Source: an uncultured Chloroflexia bacterium
GTDB lineage: Bacteria; Chloroflexota; Anaerolineae; Anaerolineales; Villigracilaceae
DNA length: 64,000 bases
Assembly (NCBI GenBank): GCA_963828815.1
Contig: CAWHGD010000002.1
Coordinates: forward strand, 158,125 to 222,124
Reading direction: 5' to 3'
This document shows positions 7,966 to 15,667 of this stretch, in pieces. The position numbers and the translations under genes were made by a program. Numbering within the stretch: position 1 is the stretch's first letter; each line of letters begins with the position of its first letter. The notes beneath the pieces were generated by a model, which saw only the letters and a program-made list of their open reading frames with translations, was not told the origin of the DNA and searched no databases.

Positions 7966-9282
7966 ATGAATTCCTGCGAAGACATCGGTATCCAGATCCC
8001 CCAGGTCTACCTGCCCCGCAAAGGGACTGACCTGACCAAATGGGCGGTGATCGCCTGCGACCAGTTCACCTCCGAGCCCGAGTACTGGCAGAAGGTGGAA
8101 AGGTTCATCGGCAAGGCACCCTCCTCCTATCACCTGGTATTTCCCGAGGCTTACCTGGATAAACCTGGTGAAGCCGCACGCATACAGCATATCCATGAGA
8201 GCATGCGCGCCTACCTCAAGAAAGGCATCCTCGAACCGCACACCGGCCTGGTCTATGTGCAACGAACCTCCTCAGGGCGTACCCGCCATGGTCTGATGCT
8301 GAACCTCGACCTGGAACACTATGATTTCACCAAAGGTTCCACCAGCCTGATCCGTGCCAGCGAAGGTACGATCATCGAGCGCCTGCCCCCCCGCATGAAG
8401 ATCCGATCCGGTGCCGTGTTGGAATGTCCACACATCCTGGTGTTGATCGATGACCCCGGGGGGTTGGTCATCGAGCCTGTCAGGAAGGCGGCTGATGGTC
8501 TTGAAACAATGTACGATTTCGAGCTCATGTTCGGATCGGGTCACCTCACCGGTTACGCAGTCAGCCAGTCCCTGCAGGATCAGGTGGTCACTGCCCTGTG
8601 CAACCTGGCAAAACCGGAACATTTCGCGGAGAAATACGGGCTCCGCCGGGATGCACCCGTGCTCCTGTTCGCGATGGGCGACGGTAATCACTCTTTCGCA
8701 ACTGCGAAAGCCGTGTGGGAAAGAATAAAGCCCGAAAAAGGACTCGGGCACCCAGCCCGTCATGCTCTGGTCGAATTGGTGAATGTCCACGACCAGGGAC
8801 TTGTATTCGAGCCCATCCACCGTCTTTTATTCGGTTTGAAGAAGGACCTCTTTTCCAGCCTGAGGTCTTTCTTTGGTGCGGACATTTCCATTAATCCTGT
8901 CGCCAGCAGCGAGGAACTGATCGCAGCAGTGGACAAGGCGCAGGGTCCGCTCCAGGCGATCGGCCTGGTTGGAGGCGGCAAGGGTTTCAATCTCCTCGAG
9001 GTCACCCATCCGCGGTCCAACCTGCCCGTTGGAACGCTGGAAGCATTCCTCGAGGTCTTCATCAAGGAAGCCGGTGCTGATAGGATCGACTATGTCCACG
9101 GCGGGGAAACCGTGAGCAGGCTGGGTGCCCAGCCAGGAAATGCAGGTTTCTACCTCCCCCGCTTGAGCAAGTCTGATCTCTTCAAGACAGTCATCCTGGA
9201 CGGGGCTTTGCCGCGCAAGACCTTCTCCATGGGAGAGGCAACGGAAAAACGGTTCTACATGGAAGCCAGAAAGATCGATTGA
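7966..9282 (+). CDS. DUF1015-family protein
   Basis: 438-aa ORF. The N-terminal WAVIACDQFTSEPEYW and the overall length match the DUF1015 family as I remember it. No catalytic assignment is possible. Confidence 0.6.
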   Translation: MNSCEDIGIQIPQVYLPRKGTDLTKWAVIACDQFTSEPEYWQKVERFIGKAPSSYHLVFPEAYLDKPGEAARIQHIHESMRAYLKKGILEPHTGLVYVQRTSSGRTRHGLMLNLDLEHYDFTKGSTSLIRASEGTIIERLPPRMKIRSGAVLECPHILVLIDDPGGLVIEPVRKAADGLETMYDFELMFGSGHLTGYAVSQSLQDQVVTALCNLAKPEHFAEKYGLRRDAPVLLFAMGDGNHSFATAKAVWERIKPEKGLGHPARHALVELVNVHDQGLVFEPIHRLLFGLKKDLFSSLRSFFGADISINPVASSEELIAAVDKAQGPLQAIGLVGGGKGFNLLEVTHPRSNLPVGTLEAFLEVFIKEAGADRIDYVHGGETVSRLGAQPGNAGFYLPRLSKSDLFKTVILDGALPRKTFSMGEATEKRFYMEARKID

Positions 9283-9300
9283 ACGAGTGTTCACCCCCGG

Positions 9301-9328
9301 GAGCCGGTTCAGTTGCCGGCTCTTTTTT
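9301..9328 (+). terminator. Rho-independent terminator (GAGCCGG-loop-CCGGCTC + TTTTTT)
   Basis: 7-bp GC-rich stem at 9301..9307 / 9316..9322, followed by a T6 run at 9323..9328, 19 nt after the stop of 7966..9282. Confidence 0.75.
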
Positions 9329-9393
9329 ATTCCCAATCTCCTGGTGACGAGGATCGAGATATTTGGATGACGAGAGCCATCCCGGTTATTCCT

Positions 9394-10107
9394 TTAATCT
9401 AGAGTGGCTAATTGGTCAAGGCAATTCTGAAAATCAGCCGGGTAAGGGGCATGGAAAACCACCTTTTCACCAGAAGATGGATGCAGGAAAGCAAGCGATT
9501 CGGAATGCAGGGCAGGGCGGGAGATCAGAACTGTCGCAGGCGAATGATATAACCTGTCTGCAAGCAGTGGAAAGTCGATCGCCGCGGCATGCGCCCGGAT
9601 CTGGTGCGTTCGGCCGGTCCTGGGGATCGCTTCCAACAGGCAATATCCTTTAAACCGCGTTAAAACTCTGAAAACCGTCTCCGACGGCTTGCCAAGGCGC
9701 TCGTCCACCACCGTGCGATGGCTGTGACCGGCATCGGCGCGCAAGGGATGCTGGGCGATGGTTTCCTGCCAATCGGGTGAGCCGATGACGATGGCGTGGT
9801 AAACCTTCTGTGTCAGACGTTGTTCGAATTGGATGCTCAAGGAACGGTGCGCCTCTGCCGTGCGGGCGAAGACCATCACCCCGCTGGTGGTTTTATCCAG
9901 CCGGTGCACGAGCCAGGTTTTCCCGACCTGCTCCTCCAGCAGCCTGACCAGCGGATGGGAATCTTTTTCCCATCCGTCCGGCAGGACCGGCAATCCGGAA
10001 GGTTTGTCGATGATGATGATTTCAGCATCAGAATACAGGATGAGATCGCTTATTGTGACAGTGCCCACGCGAGCAATTGTACCAGTGAGCTCGTTCGAAC
10101 CTGCCAC
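9394..10107 (-). CDS. RluA-family pseudouridine synthase
   Basis: 237-aa ORF with IIIIDKPSGLPV and the catalytic HRLDKTTSGVMVFART motif. It lacks an S4 domain. Confidence 0.85.
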   Translation of the reverse strand: MAGSNELTGTIARVGTVTISDLILYSDAEIIIIDKPSGLPVLPDGWEKDSHPLVRLLEEQVGKTWLVHRLDKTTSGVMVFARTAEAHRSLSIQFEQRLTQKVYHAIVIGSPDWQETIAQHPLRADAGHSHRTVVDERLGKPSETVFRVLTRFKGYCLLEAIPRTGRTHQIRAHAAAIDFPLLADRLYHSPATVLISRPALHSESLAFLHPSSGEKVVFHAPYPADFQNCLDQLATLD

Positions 10108-10149
10108 CCCCGTGAAATTTAGGTTTTTCCAGTTGCCGATCCTGCCAGG

Positions 10150-11130
10150 CTATCGCAAATATTCATTCCCTTTTGTTCCCGCCATTACTTGCGGGTCGGG
10201 ACGGGAGAAGCCGTGCAGGAACCTGCCGGTGAAATGTTTCATGGTGATCGAAAGCCCCAGCCAGGCCATTCTCGCCCAGGCCGGAAGACTGTTCCTTTCC
10301 GGATAAGCCTGCCGCAGGAGGTAACCGTCGCGCTGGATCGCATCCAGGAACCATTCAAACCGGGCACAGTACCAGGCCCCGGCAATCTTGCAGCGCAGAA
10401 CCTCGAGCGTATCGATATAGCGATGACCTGCCTGCAATAATGACCGGGCTCGCTGCACCTGGTCCTCTACCCATAAACGGAACATGTTGCTTTCCACCAG
10501 TTCCAGCGGATTTCTGCCAGCGGGCATATCCTCCACCGGGATGTTGATGATCCCCACCGGGAGATCTTCCAGGGTGTCGCGCAGCATGTGCGCGAGGTGG
10601 GCGCCCATCACTGCCGTGCTGCGGTCCGGGGTTTTCGGATAAGGATGACCGTTACCGATAAAGTACTGGATACCATCCATTACTGCGGTTGCGAGCCACG
10701 ACATATAAGCGGTCAACTCTGCCCGGGTGACCTGGCGTCCACGCCGGTCGGCATCGAATTCGATGACCTTCATGAAATTATGAATGAAAGAACCCAGGCC
10801 GCTTTCAGGTCCCCGGTCGTGGGCGATCAGGTCAGCAAGGATTTGTTCCTCGGGGCAAAGGTCGATAGGAGGATTCCCGTGGTAAAAACTATCGACCAGC
10901 ATCTTCTGCCTGGCGATGAATACGTCCCGGGCTGCCAGGGATTGGGACGGGCCGTCGACCACATCGTCAGCCCAGCGGAAATAAGCGTAAGCACGCAGGC
11001 AGTCATCGCTGAGATTCCGGTCTGCCAGGAGGCGGGCGGTGAGATAGGATTGTTTGCTTGCGGCCCATGTGATCGCGCGGGCCAGGGCTGCCGTGTTGGT
11101 CATTGATGAGACTTCCTCAGGCTGTTTCAT
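10150..11130 (-). CDS. crtB: Phytoene/squalene synthase-family enzyme (CrtB-like)
   Basis: 326-aa ORF with Asp-rich motif YAYFRWADDVVD and a second DxxxD-region (RDTLEDL). It lies immediately downstream of crtI. ATG at 11103 (MTNTAAL..., preceded by GAGGAA) is the more likely start and removes the 14-nt overlap. Confidence 0.75.
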   Translation of the reverse strand: MKQPEEVSSMTNTAALARAITWAASKQSYLTARLLADRNLSDDCLRAYAYFRWADDVVDGPSQSLAARDVFIARQKMLVDSFYHGNPPIDLCPEEQILADLIAHDRGPESGLGSFIHNFMKVIEFDADRRGRQVTRAELTAYMSWLATAVMDGIQYFIGNGHPYPKTPDRSTAVMGAHLAHMLRDTLEDLPVGIINIPVEDMPAGRNPLELVESNMFRLWVEDQVQRARSLLQAGHRYIDTLEVLRCKIAGAWYCARFEWFLDAIQRDGYLLRQAYPERNSLPAWARMAWLGLSITMKHFTGRFLHGFSRPDPQVMAGTKGNEYLR

Positions 11131-12610
11131 CCATGATGCGACCGGCCGTCAGACGCGCCGATGCGAGCACCGTAGGCACCCCCGTTCCCGGATGCGTGCT
11201 CGCCCCTACGAAGTAGAGGTTTCTGAAGCGCTTATGACGACGCTGAGGGCGGAAGTAGCCCATCTGGGTGAGTTTGTGGCTCAAGCCGTGAGCCGAACCG
11301 CGGCTCAGGTTATAGCGGCTCTGCCAATCAAGGGGTGTGAAACTTACTTCCACTTTTATATGCTTTTCAAGATCAACCAGACCTACCTGGGCCAGCCGCC
11401 CGAGGATCACCGACCTCGCGCGTGCCTGTGCGATAGGCCAATCCTGGATGATCCGGGGGTTGATATGACCAACCGGGACTGCGGCATACAGCGTATCGCA
11501 GCCGGCAGGTGCTGCAGATGCGTCCATCCGGGTGGGTGCGTGGATATAGAAATTCGGTTCTTCTGGCACGCTGGTATCCTTGAAAATTTCTTTAAATCCC
11601 TTGCGATAATCACCCGAGAAGAACAGGTTGTGGGCTCCCAGGTCCGGGTATTGTTTATCCAGACCCCAGTAGAACATGACCGTCGAGCAGCCATATTCCT
11701 TGCGGTCAATTCGACCCGCCTCCCCATCGTCAGGCAGCAGCCGGCTGTACACATATCCCAGGTCGGCGTTCGCCACGATGATATCGGCTTTCAGCAATTG
11801 ACCATCGGATAATTCAATTCCGGTGGCAGCCCCCCCATCCGTGAGGATTTTCACTACCGGGACATTATACTGAAATTGCACACCGTTCTTTTCAGCGATG
11901 GCCGTCAAAGCCTCCACAACACGGTACATGCCGCCAACTGGGTAAAATATCCCATCCGCCAGTTCGGAAGATTGCAAGAATGAATACGTCGCCGGGGATT
12001 CGTAAGGGCTGAGTCCCATGTACATATCCTGAAATGTAAAAGCCATCTGGAGCTTGGAAGTCCTGAAAAACCGGCGGGCATACCTTGTGTGTCGGGTGAG
12101 GGCCTTCAATCTCAAGAATGTCGCCAGCATGCCCGGATTGATGAATTCAGCCAGGCTGCGAAAATCCCGGTTGACCACTTTTTCCATCGATAGAGTGTAA
12201 TGCCGGCTGCCTTCGGCAAGGTACTGCTGCAGGCGCTCATAACTGCCCGGTTCCATGGCCTCCACCTGTGCCAGCATTTCGGATTGATTCGAAGTTAATC
12301 GGAATTCCGAGTTGTCCTGAAAGTAGAGATGGTAATTGGGATCGATCCTGCGCAGGTCGAGCTGGTCTTCCATCCTTTCCCCCAAATCGGTGAAGGTCTC
12401 GGCATAAAGTGCGGGCATCACGAAAAGCGTCGCACCGGTATCGAAACGGTGACCTTCGATCACCATCTGACCACAGCGACCGCCAGGTTTTTCGCATTTT
12501 TCCACCACGGTCACCCGGTATCCATTTCGCGCTAAACGGGCAGCCGTGGCGATCCCCCCGATCCCGGCACCGATAATGATCACAGTCTTCGCTTCTTTGT
12601 TCCCTGTCAT
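11117..12610 (-). CDS. crtI: Phytoene desaturase (CrtI family)
   Basis: 497-aa ORF with an N-terminal FAD fold (VIIIGAGIGGIATAARLARNGYRVTVVEK) and a C-terminal CrtI signature (LYFVGASTHPGTGVP). Confidence 0.85.
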   Translation of the reverse strand: MTGNKEAKTVIIIGAGIGGIATAARLARNGYRVTVVEKCEKPGGRCGQMVIEGHRFDTGATLFVMPALYAETFTDLGERMEDQLDLRRIDPNYHLYFQDNSEFRLTSNQSEMLAQVEAMEPGSYERLQQYLAEGSRHYTLSMEKVVNRDFRSLAEFINPGMLATFLRLKALTRHTRYARRFFRTSKLQMAFTFQDMYMGLSPYESPATYSFLQSSELADGIFYPVGGMYRVVEALTAIAEKNGVQFQYNVPVVKILTDGGAATGIELSDGQLLKADIIVANADLGYVYSRLLPDDGEAGRIDRKEYGCSTVMFYWGLDKQYPDLGAHNLFFSGDYRKGFKEIFKDTSVPEEPNFYIHAPTRMDASAAPAGCDTLYAAVPVGHINPRIIQDWPIAQARARSVILGRLAQVGLVDLEKHIKVEVSFTPLDWQSRYNLSRGSAHGLSHKLTQMGYFRPQRRHKRFRNLYFVGASTHPGTGVPTVLASARLTAGRIMDETA

Positions 12611-12724
12611 TGGATATCCTTACGCAAACCTGGCTGCAACCAACTTCCTTGAGAGTATACGCATTCCGGTCACATTGGGTATCAAAGGATTTTATTTACT
12701 ACATAATGTCTGAATTCACGGCGG

Positions 12725-12730
12725 TATAAT
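12725..12730 (+). promoter_or_regulatory. -10 hexamer TATAAT, 7 nt upstream of ATG 12738 (leaderless-type arrangement)
   Basis: The sequence is ggcggTATAATcagtaaaATG. No Shine-Dalgarno is present and no good -35 was seen. Confidence 0.4.
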
Positions 12731-12737
12731 CAGTAAA

Positions 12738-13436
12738 ATGGAATCCTTGCCAGACCTTACCGACAGCCTCAGGTCCGTCAGGCACTTCCGCAACCTGAGC
12801 CTGCCTGATTTGACCACGATCGTTACCGCGGGGAAAATTCGGCGCATCCCGGCAAATACGACCATTTTCACTGAAGGTGATGCATGCGCCGGGATGTATG
12901 TTTTGCTCAAAGGCCGGGTGCATCTTTTTCAACTGGGTCCTCATGGAAAAGTGAATATCGTGGCGGTCATCGAGCCTGTCATCATGTTCAACGAGGTTGC
13001 CGTCCTCGACGGGGGACCAAACCCGCTTTCAGCCCTTGCGGTTGAGAATTGCCTCGTCTGGCAGATCGACCATCCTGCCTTCCAGTCGCTGATCGAACGC
13101 ATCCCCCAGGTGGGGGTGAGCCTGCTGCGGGTGCTGGCAAAACGCAACCGGGAGATGATCGCCCGCTATGATGACCTCTCGTTCCGTTCAGTATTGGCGC
13201 GCACAGCCAAATTGCTGCTCGACCTGAGCGAAAATGGTCAAAAAGTGATCATCCGGCGCGATTGTTCCATCGAAGAGCTGGCTTCCCGCGTGGTCACCGT
13301 ACCGGAGGCGATCAGCCGGTCGCTGAATTTGCTCAAGAGAGCCGAAGCCATCCGCGTGAGTTGCAGCGAGATCTCTATCCTCTCGGCAGAAGGATTGGCT
13401 GAATTTGTCCATATCGGGTCACTGGATCACGGTTGA
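12738..13436 (+). CDS. Crp/Fnr-family transcriptional regulator (copy 1)
   Basis: 232-aa ORF with a cNMP-binding-type beta-roll (FTEGDACAGMYVLLKGRVHLF, PVIMFNEVAVLDGGPNP) plus a C-terminal HTH (ELASRVVTVPEAISRSLNLLK). No FNR-type N-terminal Cys cluster. It is a paralogue of 20981..21736. Confidence 0.85.
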   Translation: MESLPDLTDSLRSVRHFRNLSLPDLTTIVTAGKIRRIPANTTIFTEGDACAGMYVLLKGRVHLFQLGPHGKVNIVAVIEPVIMFNEVAVLDGGPNPLSALAVENCLVWQIDHPAFQSLIERIPQVGVSLLRVLAKRNREMIARYDDLSFRSVLARTAKLLLDLSENGQKVIIRRDCSIEELASRVVTVPEAISRSLNLLKRAEAIRVSCSEISILSAEGLAEFVHIGSLDHG

Positions 13437-13462
13437 TTTTTCAGACCATCGGGAATTGGAAC

Positions 13463-14140
13463 TCATTTGCTTTCCGCGACGCGCCCCAATCCATCCTTAT
13501 CCGTCAGAACGAATTCCGTCCGGGTGACATCAATCAGTTTCCGGTCTGCAAAGCGATAGATAACCCGGCAAACCATCTCCCGGGTCGTGCCCACCCGGGC
13601 AGCCATCTCATCCAGGGTCAGGTGACGCGTGATGGCTGCCTCCCCGGCGTTCTCAAAATCATCCAGCAGCAGCCGCGCCAATCTACGGGAGATCGGCTGG
13701 AAAGCCAGTTCCTCAACGATGGCGCTGGCGCGCTGCATCCGCTGGATCATCAAGCGGCATAATTCCCAGGACATGCGCCCATGCGCGATGAAAACCGGTT
13801 CGATGATCTCACGCGACCATAAATAAACCCGCGCCGGGGTATGCGCCTCCAGGGTTGCCAGCAGCGGTGCCTGATCCTGGAAGAAAGCCAGCCCCCAGAA
13901 CAATTCGCCGGCACCGAATGTGGTAACCAGCAGGTTGCGCCCTTCCCCGGAGACCTTGACAGCATCCAGCTCCCCCTCGGCAACCAGGAACAAGTACGGC
14001 CAGACATCCCCCTGCATCACCAATGCTTCGCCTTTTTTCAAATCTTTCCTGGTCGCCTGTTTCGCCAGCAGATTACGTCCTTCTTCTTCCAGCGAGGCAA
14101 AAACAGGGTGAGTGCTCAGCAATTTATTCAACTCTTCCAT
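13463..14140 (-). CDS. Crp/Fnr-family transcriptional regulator (copy 2, divergent type)
   Basis: 225-aa ORF with a cNMP-binding fold (MQGDVWPYLFLVAEGELD) plus HTH (EMAARVGTTREMVCRVIYRF). It converges on 12738..13436 with a gap of only 26 bp. Confidence 0.85.
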   Translation of the reverse strand: MEELNKLLSTHPVFASLEEEGRNLLAKQATRKDLKKGEALVMQGDVWPYLFLVAEGELDAVKVSGEGRNLLVTTFGAGELFWGLAFFQDQAPLLATLEAHTPARVYLWSREIIEPVFIAHGRMSWELCRLMIQRMQRASAIVEELAFQPISRRLARLLLDDFENAGEAAITRHLTLDEMAARVGTTREMVCRVIYRFADRKLIDVTRTEFVLTDKDGLGRVAESK

Positions 14141-14147
14141 GGAAATA

Positions 14148-14182
14148 ATTATAAGTCATTCTTTCCTTGTTCAGTTACAAGG
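14148..14182 (-). promoter_or_regulatory. Leaderless-type -10 (TATAAT, 7 nt before ATG 14140) with an 18-bp palindrome over the -35 region
   Basis: The minus strand reads CCTTGTAACTGAACAAGG-gaaagaatgact-TATAAT-tatttcc-ATG. The palindrome at 14165..14182 contains TTGT-N6-ACAA. No SD is present. Confidence 0.4.
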
Positions 14183-14260
14183 TCTGTTGGTTTAGTATTA
14201 GATTACTCCCCCTGGTCGGAATAAACGCAGGCTCAAGTAACCTTTGTCACTGAAATGAAT

Positions 14261-14303
14261 TTGCTTTAAGGCAAAGACATGACATAGACCATTGTGCTAT
14301 ATT
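14261..14303 (+). promoter_or_regulatory. FNR/CRP-like box TTGCTTTAAGGCAA plus -10 region ATTGTGCTATATT (class-II-like spacing)
   Basis: The box lies at 14261..14274 (TTG-N8-CAA) and hexamer TATATT at 14298..14303, 23 nt downstream. The box centre is about 42.5 nt before a start predicted at about 14310, so ATG 14312 would be essentially leaderless. Confidence 0.4.
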
Positions 14304-14311
14304 TCACATAG

Positions 14312-14743
14312 ATGAACACATTGAGGACAACAATCCTGATCATGCTAACCGGGGGTGCTGTGCTCTTCATTTCAGCGTGCGGAGCCCGGGAACCGGCCTG
14401 CCAGTGGGCAACAGGAACGCCCAGGTATATGACCGCCCTTCCACCGGGCTCGTCAACCGCTGAGTCGACAACCCTGTCCCCGGCGCCCGTCAAATTGGAG
14501 ATCGGAGGCAGGGAAATTCTTGTGGACCAAATCGTCGAGGGTCCTCTATGCAATGGCGCCTGGAGCGGGATCGTGTATGTCAGCTGCAATGTCCAGGTCT
14601 TCCCCTGGGAAGAACAACCCACTTTCCTGAAGGACTGTAACCTGTCCATCGAACCGGGTACGATCGTTTATGTGGCCTACCATAATGACACCGCCTATTA
14701 CAACGGGTGCTCGTGTCATACCGGAGAAATCCCTGAACCTTGA
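14312..14743 (+). CDS. Cys-rich lipoprotein of unknown function
   Basis: 143-aa ORF with signal peptide plus lipobox (VLFISAC) and six further Cys, including a C-terminal GCSCH. No SD is present. Confidence 0.6.
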   Translation: MNTLRTTILIMLTGGAVLFISACGAREPACQWATGTPRYMTALPPGSSTAESTTLSPAPVKLEIGGREILVDQIVEGPLCNGAWSGIVYVSCNVQVFPWEEQPTFLKDCNLSIEPGTIVYVAYHNDTAYYNGCSCHTGEIPEP

Positions 14744-14774
14744 AACCATCTAATCAATCAAAAGGAGACTAATC

Positions 14775-15551
14775 ATGAAGAATAAGAATATCCTCGGAGG
14801 CATCCTGGCTGTGGTCGCCAGCCTGATGGGTATCATCGGGCATATGTTCCTATTTATGAAGTGGTACGTGGTAGGGATGCACACCCCCTCCGCAGAACCG
14901 GGATGTGAGATCCTGCTGAATTACATCCACCCGCTCATGGCCGATTTTGGGATCCTTGCCGGGATTCTGTTTGCGGTCAGCGCGTATGGATTCTTTTCAA
15001 AAAAGAACTGGGCTTTCTTTCTCACGGTCCTCGCGCTGGTGCTGGCCCTGCTGGGCAGCTGGTTCATCAACGTGCCCTACATGGCAGCGGGTTTGCCCCC
15101 CGTATATTTCATCCTCTTCTGGCCGTACGTGCTGCTTTATTTCCTGTTCCTGAAGGTGGTGGGGAGGATTTCCTGGAAAATCACCCTACTGGCACTGCTA
15201 ACCGGGATCGCTTACATTTTCTGCTGGATGAACGGCGTCGCCAGCACCAGCCGGATCATCACTATTGGAGATCCGATCTTCGTCCTCGTGCAGCGCCTGC
15301 ACTGGGTGGCGATGCTCGGCTGGGCCGTGGTCACGGTCGGGTTGATCATCAAGCCAAAGAATTGGCTGAGGGTGCTCGAACTCGTCGCCGGCTTGACCGA
15401 ACTCGTGGTTGGCATCCCTCTCGCGGCTGTGACAGCCCAACAGCTGGGAAGGTTCTCGCTCTTCGCCCTCGGTCCGATCATGTGCCTGGTCCTGGTCGTG
15501 CTCTTCTTGTGGCCAAATCTCTGGCAGCGGCTCACTGGAGCCTCCGATTAG
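14775..15551 (+). CDS. Polytopic membrane protein of unknown function
   Basis: 258-aa ORF, preceded by AAGGAG, with about 8 hydrophobic helices. I recognise no family. Confidence 0.6.
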   Translation: MKNKNILGGILAVVASLMGIIGHMFLFMKWYVVGMHTPSAEPGCEILLNYIHPLMADFGILAGILFAVSAYGFFSKKNWAFFLTVLALVLALLGSWFINVPYMAAGLPPVYFILFWPYVLLYFLFLKVVGRISWKITLLALLTGIAYIFCWMNGVASTSRIITIGDPIFVLVQRLHWVAMLGWAVVTVGLIIKPKNWLRVLELVAGLTELVVGIPLAAVTAQQLGRFSLFALGPIMCLVLVVLFLWPNLWQRLTGASD

Positions 15552-15609
15552 GAGCATCCCCTGGCAGGTTCGATGCCAGACGCTGCACACTTCACGATGT
15601 GAAATAGAT

Positions 15610-15635
15610 CCGGGGCTGGATGCCACCAGCCCCGG
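15610..15635. terminator. 10-bp GC-rich stem-loop between convergent genes (CCGGGGCTGG-atgcca-CCAGCCCCGG)
   Basis: Perfect inverted repeat between the stops of 14775..15551 (+) and 15668..17692 (-). The U-tracts are weak. Confidence 0.55.
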
Positions 15636-15667
15636 TTAAGTAACTATCGGGTCGCATGTGACAAGAA

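Noticed and set aside
10093-10101. A T-loop-like GTTCGAACC that could hint at a tRNA.
   Set aside because: It lies inside the rluA-like ORF with no acceptor, D or anticodon stems around it. I found no tRNA-like cloverleaf anywhere in the intergenic regions.
14293-14308. A CRP-consensus-like site TGTGCTATATTTCACA (TGTGA-N6-TCACA with one mismatch) just before ATG 14312.
   Set aside because: It ends 4 nt before the start codon, so it cannot be an activator site. It is better explained as the ATTGTGCTATATT -10 region shared with the other two promoters.
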